A stretch of DNA of 64,000 nt from Pseudogymnoascus verrucosus (Eukaryota): the NCBI GenBank assembly GCA_001662655.1, contig KV460208.1, one strand, 5' to 3'. The position numbers were made by a program, and so were the translations under genes. The notes under the pieces were generated by a model. It searched no databases and was not told the origin of the DNA. It saw nothing but the letters and a program-made list of their open reading frames with translations. This document shows, piece after piece, positions 49,615 to 60,410 of the stretch. Each line of letters starts with the position of its first letter. Within the stretch, counting starts at the first letter, position 1.

Positions 49615-50145
49615 TTTTGTTGCTGCTGCTCGTCCTGCTATGTTGGTTGGTAGATATCTTGAAAGCATAGCAACACAATGGTTGAAGACAGAAGCCTACG
49701 AAATATTTCCATAGCCCTGTCCCTCGGGTATAATAGGGCCCTTAGGATTGTAAAGGGGCTATGTCATTATCCGAAAGGTGAGATGGCCTGCCTTCCGGAG
49801 AGGGGAAAAGGGAGGGGTCACACAAAGCCAGGCAATGCCTACTGTGGTGGATTCGTGGCAAAGCCCGTGTCGGCTATCACGTGATACAAGGATGGGACCA
49901 TCACCACAGATCCCACCCTTCTATCACTAACTACCTGTTCCGCTGTTGATAAACTTTTTCTTGCCATCTAACGCGCCATCTCCCGTTTGCATCCATCTCC
50001 CGTTTGCATTGTCCAGGGGGGTACTGTGGTGCTCCTAATGACGTGAAAACAATCGCTACTAGATCTCGCAAAATATCCAGATCTAGTTAGCACCGCGAGG
50101 TTGGACAGGGTTGAAGGAGCTAGACGGCATCTTCGGGATCGTTGG

Positions 50146-50272
50146 CGAGCCTCGTCCAGCCTACCTCGTTGCGGCAAGATACACGAGACGAGCCTCTCGC
50201 ACTCACCTCGTTATAGTAAGATACACGAGACGAGCCTCTCCTGGCCACCTCGTTGTGGTAAGATACACGAGA
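50146..50272. repeat. Three 42-bp tandem units, each with an internal inverted repeat CTCGT-N13-ACGAG, directly upstream of a TATA box
   Basis: Units start ACCTCGTT at 50163, 50205 and 50247, with consensus ACCTCGTTRYRGYAAGATACACGAGA(CGAGCCTCTC). TATATAAAAG follows at ~50304. Confidence 0.9.
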
Positions 50273-50500
50273 TGTAGGTCCACGATAGACATGGAATTCT
50301 GTGTATATAAAAGAGAGCAAGTCGCCGTCGAGATAATGTTTATTCAGCACCTTCAGCGACGACAGCGAACTAACAACATAAGCCAACGTCTATTATCAGA
50401 ACTCCTACACCGAACTAGAAATAGACTAGGAAACACAAGCCTTCAACCTTTTTTAAGTCTTTTTTATCACACCTTAGACATCTCTCGACTTGCTTTCAAA

Positions 50501-51049
50501 ATGTCTTCTAACACCCCCACCACCGCCGCTGCCGCTACCACGGCCATGCCCTCAGCAGACTCAAATCCGCGGGTTGTCGTGACGGCGCACGCAGCAGACG
50601 GCACATCTATTTTCGGGGCGGATAGCGAGGTGCCGCTGTTCTATCCCTTCGGGCCCGCAATCTCGTCGTTCGCCGTTTTCGACATCCGCGGAACGGTGCC
50701 AGTCAATAACCAGGAGGCTACGGGGGAGTACGCGTCAACGATACCACGGTGCCCGCCTGGCGGCGTCATATTCTGCATCACTAACATCCCTGGCAATTTC
50801 ACAGTGCCGATGCACCGGACGCTGAGCATCGACTATGCCGTAGTCCTTACCGGTGAAATTGTTATTAAGCTCGACAACGGCGATGAGAAGACAGTCCGCA
50901 CCGGCGAGTACATCATCCAGGGCGGCGCCAACCACCAGTGGATCAACCGCACCGGCGAGACCTGCCGCATCGTGGTCGTCATGGTTAGTGCCGAGAAAGT
51001 CAAGTTGGCGGATGGGACGGAGCTAGAGCAGACGGTCTTGAAGAGATAA
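50501..51049 (+). CDS. Cupin-domain protein (cupin_2; VirC/SrdD-like family)
   Basis: PRVVVTAH...G.S, PMHRTLSIDYAVVLTGEI and GEYIIQGGANHQWINR. ATG at 50501 in TTCAAAATG context, downstream of the TATA box. Confidence 0.88.
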   Translation: MSSNTPTTAAAATTAMPSADSNPRVVVTAHAADGTSIFGADSEVPLFYPFGPAISSFAVFDIRGTVPVNNQEATGEYASTIPRCPPGGVIFCITNIPGNFTVPMHRTLSIDYAVVLTGEIVIKLDNGDEKTVRTGEYIIQGGANHQWINRTGETCRIVVVMVSAEKVKLADGTELEQTVLKR

Positions 51050-51139
51050 TAGGGCGGTGGACGCAGATTTCTGGATATATTTTTGAGCCTATCTTCAAAT
51101 TTTCAAATTGTTCAAATAGAGTGGGGGCGGTAAACAGGG

Positions 51140-52847
51140 TTATATGATGCTCTTGTCGCCTAGTGTAGCTTTCATCCCAGAGTAATCTCGAATCCGTTCA
51201 AATACTCCCCACGCACGTTCCTTTTGCTCTGGTGTTGTCACACATGTTCGGCCTTTAACCGTATGTATCGGCCAGAGAAGTAGATACCCGCCGATTCCGC
51301 GGCAGCGAGGCGGGCCATCCTTGACGTTATGTGCTTGACCCATGTGATTAACATCTCCGAAAGTCTGGGGAACGGTTGATAGAATTTCGTCTGCAAGCCA
51401 CTGAATCGTTGAGGTACACTCAGCGATCGTATTAGCCAGCGCCTTTTCTTCCACATCATCTAGGTTCGGGGTCTCTAGCGCGGCCTTTGAGCATTTTAGA
51501 AGCTGCCCTAGGAAGATTATGCGCGCTGTTCTGTGGTAGTTCCATTCGTAGGCCATCCAGATATCAGGATGTAGTTGGAGCGTGTCCGTTATACCGCGCG
51601 CTGCTGGTTCTAGATCCGGCCTCTCGGACACTGCCAGAATCTGAAACGACCACTCTGATGTCTTCCGCCAGCTGACTGCCGTTTGATCAAGTGAGTACAG
51701 TTCCATGATCATGTCGACGATAGTGGACACCGGCAGGCCTCTAGCATTAATAAGGTCTAAGAGCATTCGTGCGCGCTTGCACGTGTCGTTGATTTGGTCC
51801 ATGTTCTTCTCTAGACATACATAAGGTTCATTATCATTAAGCTGATCGAGCCAGTTTGTCGTCCCTAGAACTGGAGGCATGTTATAGGACAGCTGCTGTT
51901 TTTGCTTCACGTATGTTAGCGTAGAAAAAGAAAGGGGCGTTTGGTTGCTTACGATTCTGTGTTGGGCAAGTCGGAAAAGACTCCAGCCTCGTGAGTTGTA
52001 AACCATGTCTGGGCCTCGCAAACGGAGGATCTGCGCCATTCCTTGAGCATGTGATCCTTTAGAGGCTAATCCAGGTGTGTATAGAGTCTATGTATATGAG
52101 TGGCTGACGATTTCACGATCAATCTTGTGGACTTACCTCAAAGATGTCAAGAATAACTACGGTCATTAGATCATAATCATCTGGGACTTTTCCAGGTGTA
52201 GCAGCAAGCGAGTCTCCAAGGGCAGAAAGCGCCATGCCATAGCACTGTAATGCCTTCCTCACAAGTACGTTACTGTCCTGATCTTTCGAAATATCGGCAT
52301 ATGCAGCCGCCCGTATTGCCCATCGTAGAGCGTATCGGCCATTGATGTTGACCTCTTGGAACATGCACGGCAAATGCTCAAGGAACCCAGGAGAAGATGT
52401 CTGATTGCATGGGTAAATGACGTACTTGTCCATGAAATTATCAACGGCTTGGTCTTCCACACGAGCCCGCATCCCAGAAGATAGTCCTTTAAGCCAGGGA
52501 TGAGGGTTCTTGAGGTTGATGCTAGCGGCCTCTCCAGGAGCCAGCGCCGAAGGATCTCCATTCTGGTCGGACACGGAAGACCACCGAGAATCTCCGCCGA
52601 CTGATCTGCTGCGCTTCTTCACAGGTGGTTGGGAAGAGGCCTGCGAGCTAGGTGATAACAGCAATTGTGACGCTCGTGCATGCTCAATCACTTTGTCAGT
52701 CTCGTGCCTGAAGATGATGGAAGCCTCGTCTCGATACCCCTCACAGACTTCATTGCGATTGACACATCGCCGGCATGAGGGCCGGCCCTCGTCGCAGCGA
52801 ACGCGACGTTGCTTGCAGCGGAGACATCCGCGACTCAGACGTCCCAT
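51140..52847 (-). CDS. Zn(II)2Cys6 transcription factor with Fungal_trans_2 (DUF3468)-type domain, 3 exons
   Basis: MGRLSRGCLRCKQRRVRCDEGRPSCRRCVNRNEVCEGY, DYDLMTVVILDIFE, HAQGMAQILRLRG, WNYHRTARI and GGYLLLWP. Confidence 0.92.
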
Positions 52848-53374
52848 CGGAATCAAGTTGGCTCATGTGCCAAGGATTCTAGTTCTATGACAGTTCCTTC
52901 ATTCGAAGTTGAAGGGCCTTTGGTGTGGGTGGGATAAGGTGTGGTTCACTAGGCGTGCGTCTTAGCGTAACGTTAGGTTGTTATATTTAGAGTTTACAGG
53001 TACCTTAGCGGTGTTGGATAAATGAAGGGTTATATTAGTCGTTTTAATAGAGGTTTTCTGGTGTTTTTGGTACCTTGAAATCAATGAACCTCCATCTGAT
53101 GATCCTCCACCCAATGATTCTCCAATAATCACTCACTCGATGACCACTAATCCATTTATGGTGAGTAAATCACGCCTCACAACATCATCGGCCACAGTTA
53201 GCAACCACAACTACAAGTTAAACCATAGTGAGGAAACATATGGATATACTAATGCTCGTAGAAGGCGTACTTGGAAATATATTATTATAAAGCTAGCGCC
53301 ATTCCTGGTCGTGAAGTTGAGAGCGAGCTAATCGTCGTCGTAGTTAGTGCACATACAGTTCTATATACCAGAGT

Positions 53375-55402
53375 TTATACTTCCTTATAGTATAAATTCT
53401 TGATCTTAGACCCAATGCCCCGTTTATAAGCTTCGCTCTCCTCATTTTTATCAGTGGAAGGCGCTGGCGCTGGCACCTCCAATAGCTCTCCATCCAATCC
53501 TGTATTTGTGACCGCGTTCTGTTGTTTGCCAAGGTAGTAATCTGGTGAAGCAATTCATTGATATTAGCTAGCGGCCAGACAAAATTTAAGAAATAAGAGG
53601 CAGAGAGGAGCTGTGGTATACTCACTTGGCATTAAGCAAGAAAAGATGACGGGAATGACGCTCAGCACGCAGACCGTAGTGAGGATGAGGCCATTGGTAC
53701 GTGTGTATGCGGCCACCGCACCCTGACGAACCGGATCCTCCCAGCCATACTCTGTTCGTAGCACAGAGATGGAGCCATAGATCTTCCTCAGTGTCGAGTC
53801 TGGCGTCCCTACTGGACACTCCTCGCGCATGTACCTGAGCATGTGCTTTGTCCATATTGTCGTTGAAATAGTATATCCGACTGAGTTGCCAATAGTGGCG
53901 CACAATGACGCGATGGCGATAGCACTTGCTAAATCTTTATGTGGCACTGAGGCCTGCGCACCGAGACGAGCACCAAAGACGCTCACGGAGCCTATGCCGA
54001 GCAGGATTTGTGATATAGCTAAGGCAGCTGTTGACTGTGTGCTGCGCATGTTTGAGCCCATGCTGATGGAATATCCGATCAATTTGATCACCCCTCCGAA
54101 TACCATCATTGTCTTGTAACGGTGGGTGAGACGCTGGATGACCCCAGCAATGGGCCCCACGAAGGAAATCGTCAGGGTTGTGATACCTAGGAAGATTGTC
54201 CATGCATAATTAGACCACTCTTTAATGATATACAGATACGACGAGAGATAGTTCTCATTACAACCTGATGCCATCAGGTTGAAGACGTCGACTATGACAG
54301 CGTACATGAAGGCCTTGTTGTGTAGAATGGCTCTTGTCATGACTGGCTTGGGTGCAATGTAGACTTCGAAGAGACTAAAGAGTATGAGGATTACAAAACC
54401 ACAGATAATCATAGCAATCATACTTGCATTTTCCCAACCTCCGTTGGCTGACTGCGCAAGATTGAGAGGGAGAAGGATTAGGGACCAGGAAAAACCAAGT
54501 AGGATGATTCCTGCTAGGTCAATGTCGATAATACCCTGCCAGGCAACGTGGAGATATGTTGCAGGACCTTTAAGATTACCGCAACTTTTTTCCGTGGCCA
54601 TAGGGTTGGCCATGCTGACCATCCCAAGCTTGTATGCTTTTCTCTGCATCCCATATAGCGTCCAAATAGCGGGAATCATTAGGACTGGCATCATGATAGC
54701 AAACATGCCTAAGCCCCACCTCCACTTTTCGGGGATGAACGCATCAGAGATGAAGCCGTTTATGAATGTGGTAATAATAAAAGGAGCAAGCAATAGGCCA
54801 TTCCAAAACACTCTCCACTGCAGGGACGTCAGATCCGCTACAATGACGTTACCTAGGAAATCCAATCCTGATTTACCGAAGGCCGTGAAGCAGATGCCTA
54901 TAGTGTAGGCGGCGATGTTGTCACACGTGGCTGCCACGACAAAACCGATGACATAGAACACCAAAACCACAACATAGGTAGTCGGCCGCGATGTGATATC
55001 TGCAAGTTTGCCAATGAATGGCTTCGAAACCCCACGGATGATAACACTGGCAGTGTTGACAGCGCCGAGCTCTGCGTGGTGGCCAAATGAGGAGGATGCA
55101 ATCGCATTGAACTGCGTTGTGATACCGAAGTCGAGAGCATAGCCAAACTTAGTCAACCCAATTGAGACTACCAGTGTGATGAGTAGTAGTTTTCCCGATC
55201 TGCTCTCTGATAGGACTTTGTTGAATGCTTCGACTTTCCTAACACCTGGATCTGCTAGTATGGTTCCATCCGTGGCGTACAGTTGCTCACTGCTCCCATT
55301 GCTACCATCGCGAATTTCCTCTTGTTTTTCAGTGATGTGACAATCCCTACTAGCTGGTCTGCCGTGCTCTGTCGTCCCCGGCTCAATGGCCTCCTTCAAC
55401 AT
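53375..55402 (-). CDS. ARN/SIT-family (siderophore-iron transporter-like) 14-TM MFS transporter, 2 exons
   Basis: GVRKVEAF, KPFIGKLADITSRP, VADLTSLQWR, WRWGLGMFAI, DIDLAG and QASVPHKDLA. Last exon NYYLGKQQNAV...KEV*. Confidence 0.88.
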
Positions 55403-55960
55403 CTTGCTCGTACGCTCGAACGGCTAGTGGCCAGGAAGTCGATATTGATGATCAGGGTATCGAAATCTCCCAAAACCTGAAGTAAGGGTGGTGTGATGCG
55501 GCACTGGAGCTCAAATCGAATAGTGGTGTGAACATGCGGAAAATCTTGCCCACTATGCAGGAAATAGCTTAGTCATATTATTTCTTGGCTGATAGAATTT
55601 TAGGTTCTCCTGCACAAGAAATAGACTCTTGCTGCCTTGGAATCAAGTCTAAAGGCAATTCAGACTTAAAAGGCACAATGATGGGGTGTATATGTGACAG
55701 GCGGGGTTGTGCTAGTGTCCGAACCGAATGGACATTAACTACCCCTGAAACCATGAGGATGGAGAGACAAGGAGAATTCTAACTTCAAGCAAGACATGAT
55801 TTTGTTAAGTTGGAAGATTTAGTTTTAAATTGACAGTTATGGGTCCGAAGACTCTATTTCTAAATCACTGTTCCGTTGTGCCGATCCAAAAACCGTGAAG
55901 CCATCCAACAGCCCATGGCCAAAATTAATAGCAACGACACAAACCAAATTTCCACCACAA

Positions 55961-57160
55961 TCACTGGAAGCCCAATTTCTTCTCATACTTCTTCCACTTG
56001 TTCCCAATTGGCTGAATAAAGGTCGAGCTCCGCGAGCCTTGACCCATCTCCGTCACCCCAGAAGTGAGATAAAGAGGCGTCAACTCCCCATCATCACTAA
56101 AGAAAATCTTCGGTCTCTCTCGACGTCGCAGGGTCCGAACGGATCCATCTGTAAAGGTAATCGTTGAGTTATACGCTTCCTGTTGCTTGAAATGCCACGG
56201 CCCTGTTAATTCCCTTGCATAGACATGTGCCCCGACCCTTGGCCACTGCTGCCCGTTATGTTCCACGAGGTCAATCATCCAGTGATCAAGTGCATGCCAG
56301 TTTCCGCGCTTATCACGCCAGAGAAACGTGTCCTCGGTCCAAGTTGGGCTCCATTCGGTCGTGTTCCACGTTTGAGTGTGGATCAGCTTGTATTCACCAT
56401 CCCATTTGTCAGATTTGAAAATTGCGTTATCTTCAACTCCCAGGGCAATCTCTCTGGTAGGGTTTTTGCGTGTCCAGAGTGGCCAAGGCGCTGGGTTTGT
56501 TGACTGTGGTTCGAGGGAATTCAGAATCATTTTGTGAGGGGTCCAAGGTCCTTTGATGCTGTGTGCGCTTGAGACGGAGATATTATTCGGCCATTGTTTG
56601 TACGTAAGACTTTGGCATTTCTCGGCTTTCGGGGCGTCAACACCAATGGTGTATAGGAGATATTTCTGATCCGTGGGACTCCAAATGACGGACGGGTTAT
56701 GGCGGAAGCTTTTGGTAACCTCATCTGCATAGTGATATGGCCCCTGCGGCCCGGTCCTAGATTCCGCACGCATAATATAAGAACTCGGTCTCCAGCCAGT
56801 CAATCCACACCCATCGGCGAATTGCGAGGCGACGAGATGGAACAGTTTGTGGTCCTGTGGATCCTGTAAGATCTGCCCACCCCAGGATGAATTTCCGTAC
56901 GGACCAAAGTGAAGGGGGTCGACGGCGTCGGTTTGGTTGTAGCCGTTTATTGGGGTGGCAGGGGCAAGATCCAACCTGCCACAGTCATCACCAAACCAGC
57001 CCGGATCGCATTTGCAGGCCCCAGGCTTGGGCTTGCTTGCAAAGCTCTTTGTCGGCTTCCGGCTACAGACGCCATTTAAACTGCAGTCTTCGTCGGTTTC
57101 GCAGGCTTGGGTGGCTCCGATGACGGCAAGGCCGGCTGCTAAGATATTGGCGATTCGCAT
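55961..57160 (-). CDS. Secreted protein with N-terminal EGF-like module and GH43-clan-like five-bladed beta-propeller
   Basis: Signal peptide MRIANILAAGLAVIGATQA, CETDEDCSLNGVC...CKCDPGWFGDDC, SSWGG, HNP, GPW, NPAP, WTEDTFLWRDKRGNWHAL and RRERPK motifs. Intronless. Confidence 0.75.
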   Translation of the reverse strand: MRIANILAAGLAVIGATQACETDEDCSLNGVCSRKPTKSFASKPKPGACKCDPGWFGDDCGRLDLAPATPINGYNQTDAVDPLHFGPYGNSSWGGQILQDPQDHKLFHLVASQFADGCGLTGWRPSSYIMRAESRTGPQGPYHYADEVTKSFRHNPSVIWSPTDQKYLLYTIGVDAPKAEKCQSLTYKQWPNNISVSSAHSIKGPWTPHKMILNSLEPQSTNPAPWPLWTRKNPTREIALGVEDNAIFKSDKWDGEYKLIHTQTWNTTEWSPTWTEDTFLWRDKRGNWHALDHWMIDLVEHNGQQWPRVGAHVYARELTGPWHFKQQEAYNSTITFTDGSVRTLRRRERPKIFFSDDGELTPLYLTSGVTEMGQGSRSSTFIQPIGNKWKKYEKKLGFQ

Positions 57161-57608
57161 GGCGTTAGGTGAGAGGTCACGAATAGAATGGTGGCTGTGA
57201 AGACGCAGGTATTCTCTGTCAATTCGGATATTTATTGGGGTCCCTCATACTATCTTTATATAATTCGCATCTGAGAGCATACTGGAAAATGGGAGTCCAG
57301 CTCGGTTTAAACCAACACCGAGCTGCAATTATTTAGCTATAGTGGCCGTCTTGACTCTTGGCCATGTTGGCTGAATTTGACCCCAAATATGCCATTGAGT
57401 GCGGGGCCCCGTGGGGGATGCCTAGATGTGAGTTCCAAGGCTCCATGAGTACAGCATGAGTGGCATGTCTATTGGCCATTCGGGAGTGAAAGCTTCTGCG
57501 GAGAAGTGAACTGCTCCAGCACTAGAGTACGCAGTGCCCCTAAATAGATTAGTTCTCATCCGGTCATTTAAGAAGTTACGAAATGTCGTCACTAGTCGGA
57601 AAGATTGG

Positions 57609-57634
57609 TCGGGTAATTAGATCGGGTTATTAGA
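57609..57634. promoter_or_regulatory. Tandem CGG-containing element matching the XlnR/AraR-type consensus CGGNTAAW
   Basis: TCGGGTAATTAGA followed by TCGGGTTATTAGA (13-bp period) in the divergent promoter between the GH43-like gene and the AraR-like TF. CGGGTAAT is at 57610-57617. Confidence 0.45.
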
Positions 57635-57814
57635 TTTGGGCGTTAATCGTCGGCAAGCTCCAATGGAGGTCATGGCACAAATTAGCTGGAGTACCCTGAC
57701 ACAAATATCCCACGAATCTAGTCTAATTCATGTCACCTAAGGTAGCTTTCATATAACTGTGGTTATGATGAAGCCAATAGGGAAGTTTACAAGAAAAGCA
57801 GAATACATAAAATA

Positions 57815-57845
57815 TACCCCGCAATATAAAGCACTTACCCCGCAA
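57815..57845. promoter_or_regulatory. Paired CreA/Mig1-type sites TACCCCGCAA
   Basis: Identical 10-mers at 57815-57824 and 57836-57845 with AT-rich flanks, about 180-200 bp upstream of the TF ATG. Confidence 0.55.
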
Positions 57846-58020
57846 AGTCAAAGCAATGTAAGGCACCACGCCAAGATCCATCAGGTCCCACTCTGGAATT
57901 ACCTGCCAAACTAAAAAGTAACCCGCTTGGAGACATCACTTCGTCCCAGAATTCGCGTTCTTCCCGACGTATGATTCGGTTTGGCTTTTCTGAGGATTAC
58001 CTCCTCATACTGAAATAATC

Positions 58021-60410
58021 ATGGATATGAGGAATTCAGCCTTTCCTTCCCCTGGCCAAAGTCATCACCGCACAAATCGACCCCGGGTTCCTCGTGCTTG
58101 CGACCGATGCAATGTGTCTCGCACTCGATGTGATGGCGACATGCCCTGGTACGGTTGACTTCACCCCTTTGTCTGCCTTTTGAATCCTTGTCAGTGACTC
58201 ATTGGTCTTTGCACGAGTAGTGGGCGTTGCGACGGTGAGAAATCATCATAACATCCTACCGGAATTTGAAGTTCAACTGATCTTTAGCCCTCCATCACCC
58301 GTGTCGATACAACCGTAAGGTGAAAAAACGTGGACGCAAAACCAATCGAGACAGGAAATACCACGCCTCGCAAGGGTCCGGACAAGAATGCAGAGGAAGC
58401 CTTTCCGCATCAGAAACAGAACCCGTTGTATCTGCTGATATAGAATTACTTTCTTCGGCGTCGTCATCTAACGGAGACACGGAGCCAACGCAATCGCATG
58501 CAACATTTGGAGCCCCCCAGGAGATAGACAATGTCCACGGGGCACTCTCACTCTCGAATAAACCGCCCGAGCTATATCCCGCCAGTGACCAGGGCAATGA
58601 CAGTGCCATCGGACAGTCGCAGCCTTTGCACGACCCATCATGGAAAGACTTCATGTCGCCTGTCACCTTCAATGCCTCAACCAGCGCAACTACAAGTCAT
58701 TTTAGCTCCAGGGGAAGCTTACGTGGCGATACCGAATGCCGCTATCCGTGTCTTTCTGCTCTGATCCCGTTTCTTAAGGGATTTTTAACGGCAGCCGAAA
58801 CCTGCGACCTTCTGGACACTTACTTCGCTGACTACGGAAACCCCTCGCGCCTTCACTGCCCCTACGTTCTTACTACCGTTATACGAAAGAAATCACTGCT
58901 ACGTGCGTCAAAACCGCGAAATACATCCCCTGCTCTTCTGGCAACTATGCTCTGGGCCGCTGCTCAAACCGCCGACTGTCAGATTTACCATAAGCCTGGA
59001 TCCCGCGAGAGGATAGCCAACCGCCTCTATTCCCTTGCGCTATCATACTTGAAACGGCGCGACATGGATAGCTGGCACCGTGTCCATGGTACGTCCACAT
59101 TCCATCGTACTGTCTGGTTTAACACAGTGCATTGCTGATTAACGTGAAGGTGGGTGGCAGTTAGAAGAAGATAGTATCTTTGACCTTGACGGAAACGAAT
59201 GGAACAAGCCGCGAAGAACGTTCGAAGCAGGGCCTAGACCAACAGTTGACGATATAGTGACCTTCGCACTTCTCGCGATTGTCACCTCTGGTGGAGAGTT
59301 CAAGGCCGACTGTCTCAAATGGTGGAATAAGACGGTTAGCCTAGTTAGGCACCTTGGGTACAACTCTGAATTAGGAATCGCCGGGGATGCTCAATTACAC
59401 GATGATTCTCTCGCTATGATCGAAAATCAGGAGGAACGGCGAAGAGGTTTCTGGCTCATCTATATCCTAGATAGACACCTTGCTCTATCATATAACCGGC
59501 CACTACACCTTCCAGATAGCGAATGCCACGTTCTGCAGCCTCTACCAGATGATATATGGCAGAATGACGATACATTCCTACTAGATGCAATTCCGCACCG
59601 CACTTTTGGACCACCTATCACGATATCTGGGACCGGTTTGTTCGACTACTTTCTTCCACTCATGGCCATTCTAGGCGATATTATCGATTTGCGATACCGG
59701 CGTCACCACCCGCGCATTGAAATAGATGTTTCCGCCACGCAGAACTGCATCGAGAAGACCCTGGCGAAATGCGAACAGAGCATCATAGAATTTTCTAATG
59801 CGAACCCCAGCACCCCTGGCACACCTACCCAAGCATCCCTTGCCAAAAAGGCGAGGCTGGTTATTCCTTACGCTATATATATTATTAAAGTTCTATATAT
59901 TTTGCTCCATGGGGAGTGGGATGCAATCTCAATGCTAGAGAATGACGGGGACTGGATTAGCTCGTTCAATTTTTCACAGTGTGCATCGAATTCAATTGCA
60001 GCAGCCCAGTCCATCACAGACATTCTAGCAGTCGATCCGGATCTTACATATATGCCGTACTTATTCGGGATATATCTTTTTCATGGGAGCTTTGTGATTC
60101 TCTTATTCGCAGAACGAATGCCGCAAATCGGGCCCAACGCCTCGGTGGAGCGGGCCTGTGAATTAATTATTCGAGCTCATGAAGTCTCCATCGTGACTCT
60201 GAGTACTGAGTTTCAGGTTAGTGGTATTTTTTCTCCATCTTGGATACTGATGTGTTAATATTACCTTAGAAAGCCTTTCGCAAAGCCTTCCGCTCAATTT
60301 TATATAGTGTTCGACAGCCGGGTGCGGTTGAGCCAGAGTTTCGGGCTCTGTGCAAGGAAGTTTTATCCAGATATAGATGGACAATGGGACAAAAAGGGCT
60401 TTGTCTTTAG
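58021..60410 (+). CDS. XlnR/AraR-family Zn(II)2Cys6 transcription factor (AraR-like C-terminus), multi-exon
   Basis: RVPRACDRCNVSRTRCDGDMPC/GRCD/ALHHPCRYNRKVKKRGRK, CRYPCL, SGGEFKADCLKWW, EERRRGFWLIYILDRHLALSYNRPL, LHGEWDAISM, DPDLTYMPYLFGIYL, GPNASVERACELIIRAHEVSIVTLSTEFQ/KAFRKAFRS and terminal YRWTMGQKGLCL*. Confidence 0.88.

Noticed and set aside
50146..50272. CRISPR-like appearance of the 42-bp array (and of the 21-kb duplication)
   Set aside because: The DNA is eukaryotic, there are no unique spacers between repeats, and there are no cas genes.
50111..50500. N-terminal 130-aa extension of the cupin ORF with repeated VRYTRRAS units
   Set aside because: It starts at a TTG, is a translation of the 42-bp promoter repeat, and spans the TATA box. 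The real start is most likely ATG 50501.
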